Positions 56,489 to 64,000 of a DNA stretch of 64,000 nucleotides are shown one piece after another. Each line of letters begins with the position of its first letter. Positions within the stretch are counted from its first letter, which is position 1. Position numbers and translations under genes: made by a program. Source of the DNA: Squalus acanthias (taxonomy: Eukaryota). The notes under the pieces are model-generated. The model saw nothing but the letters and a program-made list of their open reading frames with translations. It was not told the DNA's origin and ran no database searches. The stretch covers positions 23,438,001 to 23,502,000 of the forward strand of contig CM059432.1 in assembly GCA_030390025.1 (NCBI GenBank), read 5' to 3'.

Positions 56489-57079
56489 CGATGGTAATAG
56501 TGGTTCATTTGACCTCAGAATTTCCTGGGGAGGGGACGGAAAATCCGCCTGGATTCCCACTTCTGATCGCTATCCAGCAGCCCGTTTTTAAAAACATGTG
56601 GGTCAGGACAGGGCTTAGCTCAGCTGTGACCCCTGTGGCCAAAAGATCAAAGACCAAAAGATCAAAGAGCCATTCAGGCTCACATATTCCGAATGGTTAA
56701 TTGAGTGAGCTACCAAAGGGGGACTGTTGCCTGTGGAGCTTCACTGCAGCACGAGTCACTGCTTGCTGGTGAGGGTGGTGGAACAGGAGAGGGAATTGGA
56801 GTGGAATGGGTGGGGAAATATTTGGGAGCCAGAAGGCTTGAATACTGTACTGCACGTTAACTGTACATTAATAACACTTAAACACAACCACAATCCATCC
56901 AGAAATGTTTTCTTTTGACATGTCAAGGGAGGTGTCATAAGGTGCTCCTGGGAGACGGGGGTGGAATACAAAGGCCGTGTGATTGCTGGCAGCTGACCAA
57001 GATGTGGGTGCCCGAATGCCTAATGAAAAACAAAATTGGTTGTGTAAGATCTTTTTCTCTCTCTGATCTTCCAATGTAG

Positions 57080-57159
57080 TTTTAAAAATCACATTTGTGA
57101 TACTTTTGTGCGCTAATTAAGGAAAAATGGAGTCGGAGCGTAACTCAATGATCGGCGAA
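57080..57159 (+). CDS. Candidate small host exon with start codon (coding 57127-57159, MESERNSMIGE); gene unidentified
   Basis: Pyrimidine tract TCTTTTTCTCTCTCTGATCTTCCAATGTAG acceptor; AAAATGG Kozak context; CpG-containing codons; phase-0 donor GAA/GTAAGT. Confidence 0.35.
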
Positions 57160-57735
57160 GTAAGTCCTCCTGAGGCCATGTTGTATTATTTTAATGAAGA
57201 CCTTTGAGAGAAATGCCACCATTGTATGTCCTTCTGTTGCGAATTATTGGAACAAGTAGGTGTGGCATTGAAGGGGTGTCACTCTCTGCTGCTTTGTGCC
57301 AGAACACTGACGCTGGCGGGTGTGAATTGTGAGGTGTGCTGGAATCTCCTCGCTGTTTTGCTGGTAGCAATGTTACACCACTGATGCTATGCTATTGTTA
57401 CTGACACTGCACAAATGAATTAATACATGGGGGACAACACAGTGTCAGGACTGTGCTACAAGGTTGTAACACATTGGAGTATTGAGATGACTATCAATGT
57501 CACTTCAACCTCAAGGTGTGTGAATGCCAAGGAACACATTCTTTGGAATATGAAGAAACGCAGGAGTGTTTCTTTTGCTCCAGGTACTAATTTTAGTGAA
57601 GCTGTAGCTGTACGCATGAGGTGGGGAACACCATTTTCTGCTTGAGTCTACCTGTTTGCTAATTTCCATGTTTGCTTCACTATTTTCTGTGTTTCTGCTG
57701 GCAGGATGTCAGAACAAACAGTCAACTCCTGCAAC

Positions 57736-58302
57736 TGTCAGCTTGGTTCAAGCCCATTCCAGAACTTGAGCACATAATCTAGCTTGACACTTCAATGCAG
57801 TACTGAGGGAGTGCTGCATTGTCGCAGATGCCGTCTTTCAGATGAGATGTTAAACTGAGGCCTGTCCGTCTGTTCAAATGGAAGTGAGAGATACCATAGC
57901 ACTCTTGAAAGAAGAGCAGGAGAGTTCTCCTTGTGCTTTGCCAACATTTCTTTTGCGGGTATGTCAGGGTAGAAACTTAGTGATCCTTAAAGTAGGCGAT
58001 CCATGGGCAGTATGAGAGGGAAGTCCATTATACATGGACACCAGGGAAAGGGGCTTGATGAGCTGAATGGCCTTCCCTTCCTTTGGATATTCTTATGTTC
58101 TTCCTTCGACCAACACCACCAAAAATAGATCAACTGTCATTCCTCTCATTGCTATTAGTGGAATCTTGATGTGTGCAAAATGGCTGACCACGTTTGTCTA
58201 CATAACAACAGTGACTGCACTTTGAAGCACTTTATTGCATGTGAAGCACTTGGGGGCATCCTGAGAGACATGATAAGACGCTATATAAATGTGAATTCTT
58301 TC
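57736..58302 (+). mobile_element. SacSINE1-like SINE with CR1-tail insertion (~57955-58102)
   Basis: GGTTCAAGCCC B box; CAGTACTGAGGGAGTGCTGCA; tail GACGCTATATAAATG. Confidence 0.82.
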
Positions 58303-58868
58303 TGTGTACCACCATAATAACCCAGGTTGATGCAGATTCTGAGATTGGAGGAGATTTCCAGAAACTTTCCTTGGGAGATTAAATGGATTGGGTATAATCA
58401 GTGATGGAGCACAGTAATCTGAGACTCAATCAAACTGCATCTAGTGGGAGAACCGCTCCAGTTAGTTTAGACTGAGATCATTGGCTTGAGTTCAAGGTAC
58501 TTTGCATGCGATGACATGAATGCACAAGTTTGGAAGTATAGTTGCACCATCCATTATGAAGTTTGGTTTAAATTTCAGGCATGATTTATAACAGTACCAC
58601 AGAATATGTCAAAAGATACTGCAGACTAGTGCTACAAGGGTTGGCTTCTCCAGTACTCAGCACACTGACAAGCATCAGCGTTTTGTTATTTTGATTAAAT
58701 TCAGTCAGTAGATGTTATGAATCCCATCTCTTCCTTATTTAGCATTTTTCAAGTGGAACTGGGTGATGCAGCAGATTAAAATACACTCCTTTCAACAGTA
58801 GAGCCTTGGTTGTTCAGGTCCTGCAGGATCTTGAAATGAATACGGCCAGTTCAACTCCACCCAGTGCC

Positions 58869-61164
58869 TAGGGTTGCCAAATCCTCCTGGATTGTCCGGG
58901 AGTGTTCCGGAATGGGGCATGAATATCCTGGGCATTGCTGCTAGCAGCGTGGGAGAATGTCACCCTTTAAATTTCTTGCTACCGCAGACGCTCCCCCGCT
59001 TCGTGACTTCACTGGCTGCCGCCGCAGAAAAAGCCTCCGCCTTGATAATGGCACCTCCTCTCCCGTCCACCCCCATCGGCCGCGGAGAATCGACCTCTGC
59101 TTAGGGGTTACCGGAAACGGGGCCGGCTGGTGGAGAAACAGCTGGGAGTCTGGGATGAGAGAGAGAGAGTTGGAGCAGGCAATGGTGCGTGGCTGGGGTA
59201 AAAGAGGGTGAACAAGGACTAGTGGGTAGGGGCTTGGGGGGGAAGGAGTGGGTGACTGGGCACTGGAGGAGACAGGGGTTGTGGCTCAGGGAGAAGAGAG
59301 TAACAGCCGGCTGGAGTCGGAGAGAGGGAAACAGAGGACTGCGGCTCGGGGGTGAGAGAGGGAGATTGGGGAATGGAGGCCAGAGATGGGGGCGCTCAGG
59401 GCGAGAATGGGAACAGGGGATAGGGAAGACTAGGGGACGGGGGAGACTAGGGAATGGGAGTTATAGGGAGAGAGAGGACTGGGGATCAGGGGAATTGGAG
59501 CTAGGACTGGGGGGCAGAGATGGAGACTGGGGAATGGGGTGCGAGTGGGGACTAGCATTTCCTGCAGAGCCAGGAGCAGCAGCAGCAGCAGCAGCAACGT
59601 GGTGAGTGGGAGTGGCACCGAGAGAAGAGTAACCGGTAAAGGGGTGAGTGAAACCTGGGAACCTTACTGTGGGTAAATAGTGAAAGATTGTTTCCACTTA
59701 TGGGCAAATGGAGAACAGAGACTGAGGGTTCTCACTGGAAGAAGGATGAAGGAAGGATTTTGCACTGAGGGCTATTATACCATGGGACGCTTCACCACAA
59801 GTGCCTATTGAGGCAAAGGCTCATTTAAAAGGGAATGGGATAAGTATTTGAAAAAAGGAATAAAGAAAGATACAGCACCTTTCATGACCTCAGGACACCC
59901 CAAAATCCTTTACAACCATTGAAGTACTTTTGAAGTGTAGCCACTGTTGTAATGTAGGAAACACGACAGCCATTTTGCGCTCACCAAGGCCCCAGAAACA
60001 GCAATGTGATAATGACCAGTTTTTTATTAGCCAGGACACTGGTGAGACCTCCCTTGCTCTGCTTTGCAATAGTGCCGTAGGATCTTTTATGCCCACCCAA
60101 GAGGGTAGCCGGGGCCTCGGTTTAGCGTCCCATCCATAAGACGACACCTCCGACAGTGCAGCATTTCCTCAGTACTGCACTGAAGTGTCAGTCTAGATTT
60201 TTGTGCTCAAGTGTCTGGAGTGGGACTTGAACCCATAACCTTCTGACTCCGAGAGGCAAGAGTGCTATCTTTGAGCCACAGCTGACCTAAAGGATCAGGA
60301 GCAATGGGGTTACAGGAGAGGGCACAGTCACCAGAGGTCGAATGGCCTCCTCCTGTGCTGTAACTAGTATTATTCTATGAAAACTCTCCTTTATTGAGTC
60401 CGAGCCCCGATAGTGGTTTAGAAATGTTAGTACTGAGCTGTGTTTAGAACGGTGTGACAATTGCCCCAAACACCAATCCCGCTGTCCTTTGTGCGATTGG
60501 TTTGGTTCAGGTCGGTTTGTGCCGGCCGGTTTTGACGCGTGAAATCCAAGAACAGATCGGCTCTGGCTGGGGCTCCCAGTTCAAAGTTGTCACCTTCAAG
60601 CAGAACCGGAGTCCAAATCAGAGGCCAAGGAGATGGGAGAGAGATGGGGCCTATTTAAAGTGGCATCGACTGGGGAGCCTGACTGCATCTTGTGCAGTGC
60701 AGGTGGATTCTGGCTGTAGGTACAGGGTGAATATCAGCAGGTTATCGGATTATTATTAGTTACAGGTAGGAGATCAGGGCTTTGCATCTGTCACTACCAG
60801 TTACAAATAGACTATCAGTGAGTTATTTTATTACTGCTGGTTGGGAGGGGAATCTGAGTATTACCAGTATTATTATTAGTTATCGGGGCCACATCAGTGA
60901 GTTATTATTAGTTATTGGTGGAATCCTTCCACCTCTGTTTCCCCCCCTGCGAATGCCTCTTCCACCATCGGTTTCCCCTCTTCACCTGCTCGCAGGTGGC
61001 CTCCTGGTTCTTGGAACTCCTCACTCAACGACTGCTGGTGTGAAATCACGAACAAAGATACTCAACTACAGGGACCCATGCTTTATTAGGTAAATGCAAT
61101 AAGATTTGCAGACGTCACGTGATCGATCTTCCAGCAAAACCTCCAACCAGAATTGGCAACCCTA
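58869..61164. mobile_element. Non-autonomous hAT-type element (2296 bp) containing CR1 and SINE inserts
   Basis: Perfect 12-bp TIR TAGGGTTGCCAA/TTGGCAACCCTA; 8-bp TSD CCAGTGCC / CCAGTACC (7/8). Confidence 0.88.
59860..60286 (-). mobile_element. SacSINE1-like SINE inside an old CR1 3' fragment (59660-60380)
   Basis: SINE consensus blocks; flanks ATTGTTTCCACTT..TTTAAAAGGGAATGGGATAAGTA and GAATGGCCTCCTCCTGTGCTGTAA. Confidence 0.85.
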
Positions 61165-61491
61165 CCAGTACCAAGATTCAGAGTTTAAAAAAAAGAAAAC
61201 TGTCAAAAACAATTGACGATCTCAGTTAGAGAGGCCATGAGGATGGTTGTGCAGGAAGTGGAAATTTATTAGTCAGTTGAGTCTGGGGCAGTGCAGAAAG
61301 AACTTCACTCTGAATCTAACCTCTATCTGGTCTTTTAGTATTAATCTTCTGAGCCCTGGAGAATCTGGCCGGCGTCAGTTAAACCTGAAAGGCTGTTAAA
61401 ATTTGAGGCACACAGCCTCACTAACATATTTAAATAACAGACCCACCTCTGGAGAGCAGGTTAATCGCCCGCTCCCCAATCCACCTCCGTT

Positions 61492-61949
61492 AAAGAAAGA
61501 AAGACTTGCATTTATATAGCGCCTTTCATGACCACCTTACTTTTACAGCTAGTGAAGTACTTTTGGAGTGTAGTCACTGTTGTAATGTAGGAAACACGGC
61601 AGCTAATTTGCGCACAGCAAGCTCCCACAAACAGCAATGTGATAATGACCAGATAATCTGTTTTTTGTTACGTTGATTGAGGGATAAATCTTGGCCAGGA
61701 CACTGGGGATAATTCCCCAGCTCCTCTTCAAAATAGTGCCTTGGGATCTTTTACGTCCACCTGAGAGAGAGCAGCTGGGCCTCGGTTTAACGTCTCATCC
61801 GAAAGACGACACCTCTGACAGTGCAGCACTCCCTCAGCACTGCTGAGTGTCAGCCTAGACTTATGTGCTCAAATCCCTGGAGTGGGACTTGAACCCACAA
61901 CCTTCTGACTCAAGAGGCAAGTGTGCCACCAACTGAGCCACAGCTGACA
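61492..61949 (-). mobile_element. Full-length SacSINE1-like SINE
   Basis: A box TGGCTCAGTTGG, B box GGTTCAAGTCC; (CTTT)n tail. Confidence 0.9.
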
Positions 61950-62602
61950 CGGAAATGAGCGCGTTGGAGGCGGCACGGGGACGGGTTTTTTAAATTTTAA
62001 CCTACCCCCGCCCCCCCGCCCCGCACTCTCCTGCCCATTGTGTATCTTTGGTCTCTTTTCGGCATTTGCAGTCAAGTATATGGGTAGAGTAGTAACATTT
62101 AAAAGGGGTTCGGGGCTAAATTGGACAGCTCTTTCAAAGAGCCGGCACAGGCACGACGGGGCGAATGGCCTCCGTCGGTGCTGTAAGGTTCTATTCAAAG
62201 AGGGCAGTTGAACAACGTACTACTCCTAGTTCTCCACAATTCCTGCTCCTTTTGTTCACTGACAGCTCAGGCTGACTCTGCCTGCAATGCTATCTCGCTA
62301 TTTCCATCTGAGCCAGCACTTTTTCTACTGCAGCACAAATGAGACTAGGACTTTGGCCGGTGGAGGATTGTAAGTGGAAATGTACCAATGCTCTGGGCCG
62401 TAGCACCACCATAATGCCTTAAATTAGTACAATAAAATGTTTACACAGTGATGTGTAATGATGTAATAGTTTCACCAACCTGCTAATTACATCTAAAAGG
62501 AAGCTGAATCATATATTTTTGTTGCCAATATTGCAACAGGTTGCGTCATGACTGAGCTGGTTTAGGTTTAGCTGAGCCAGACAGACTGGGAAGGTCCCAC
62601 TT

Positions 62603-64000
62603 TTGATTCCAACCAGAGATCAGGCCATCTTAGACTGGGTATTATGCAATGAGAAAGGATTAATTAGCAATCTTGTTGTGCGAGGCCCCTTGGGTCGGAG
62701 CAATCATAATATGATAGAATTCTTCATTAGGATGGAGAGTGAAGTAGTTGACTCAGAGACTAGGGTCCTGAATTTAAATAAAGGAAACTACGATGGTATG
62801 AGGTGCGAGTTGGGTAGGATTGATTGGGGATTGTCACTCAAAGGGTTGACGGTGGATAGGCAATGGCAAACATTCAAAGACCGCATGGACGAACTACAGA
62901 ATTTGTTCATCCCAGTTTGGCATAAGAATAAAACAAAAAGGGTGACTCAACCGTGGCTAACAAGGGAAATTAGGGATAGCATAAGATCCAAGGAGAGGGC
63001 ATATAAATTGGCCAGAAAAAGCAGTAACCCTGAGGATTGGGAGCAGTTTAAGATTCAACAAAGGAGGACAAAGGGATTAATTAAGAAGGTGAAAATAGAA
63101 TACGAGAGTAAGCTTGCAGGGAACATAAAAACTGACTGTAAAAGCTTTTATAGATATGTGAAGAGAAAAAGATTAGTGAAATCAAGCATAGGTCCCTTGC
63201 AGTCAGAATCAGGGGAACTTCTAATGGGGAACAAAGAAATGTCAGACCAATTATATGCATATTTTGGTTCTGTCTTCACAAAGGAGGGCACAAATAACCT
63301 CCCAGAGATGTTGGGGAACATAGGGTCTGATGAAAGGGAGGAACTGAAAGAAATCAGTATTTGTAGGGAAATGGTGTTAGGGAAATTGAAGGGATTGAAG
63401 GTCGATAAATCCCCAGGGCCGGATAATCTACATCCTGGGGTACTTAAGAAAGTGGCCCTAGAAATAGTAGATGCATTGCTGATCATCTTCCAACATTCGA
63501 TGGAATCTGGAACAGTACCCATGGATTGGAGGGTAGCTAATGTTACCCCACTATTCAAAAAGGGTGGTAGAGAGAAAATGGGGAATTACAGACATCGGTA
63601 GTGGGGAAAATGCTAGAGTCCATTATAAAAGATGTAATAGCTGAGCACTTGGAAAACAGTGACAGGATCGGACAAAGTCAACATGGATTTACAAAAGGTA
63701 AATCGTGCTTGACTAATCTACTGGAATATTTTGAGGATGTAACTGGTAAAATAGATAAGGGAGAACCAGTGGATGTGGTGTATTTGGACTTCCAAAAGGC
63801 TTTTGATAAGGTCCTGCATAAGAGATTAGCGTGTAAAGTTAAGGCACATGGGATTGGGGGCAAGGTATTGACTTGGATAGGGAACTGGTTGGCAGACAGA
63901 AAGCAAAGAGTTGGAATAAACGGGTCTTTTTCCGAGTGGCAGGCAGTGACTAGTGGGTACCGCAGGGATCGGTCCTTGGACCCCAGCTATTCACAATATA
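62603..64000 (+). mobile_element. 5'-truncated CR1 ORF2 (end of APE into RT), runs off the window
   Basis: 332-aa ORF PTRDQAILDWVL..KSPGPD..GNYR, then frameshift; KSCLTNLLE, DFQKAFDKV, PQGSVLGP follow. Confidence 0.95.

Noticed and set aside
59189..59605. 138-aa Gly/Arg-rich ORF
   Set aside because: Purine-rich low-complexity sequence inside a hAT-type element.
61875..61949. tRNA gene
   Set aside because: A/B boxes belong to the SINE head and continue into the SINE body; the same holds for the other copies.

Overview
Vertebrate nuclear DNA, almost certainly from a cartilaginous fish (shark). This is inferred from the repeat families: SacSINE1/DeuSINE-like SINEs, CR1 LINEs with zinc-finger/SGNH-esterase ORF1, and Penelope-type hammerhead repeats. 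The window is a dense, heavily nested transposable-element landscape: CR1, L2 and RTE LINEs, several SINE families, PIF/Harbinger relics and MITEs, two hAT-type non-autonomous elements, a Tc1/mariner MITE, a solo LTR, Penelope-like terminal fragments and minisatellites. Nearly all long ORFs are LINE fragments or repeat artefacts, and no intact host gene is recognisable. The only host-gene candidate is a plus-strand 5' end: a CRE/TATA-like promoter with a non-coding exon near 50.1-50.3 kb and a small ATG-bearing exon at 57080-57159. The most notable observations are (1) an identical in-frame TAA shared by two diverged RTE copies, (2) a CR1 5'UTR built from two stacked TATA-monomer arrays, (3) a hairpin-rich Harbinger-type MITE family whose stems are conserved despite sequence change, and (4) hammerhead-ribozyme cores in Penelope-like repeats. 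I found no convincing wholly new biological system. All family names come from recognition by eye, not database searches, and boundaries of degenerate repeats are approximate.
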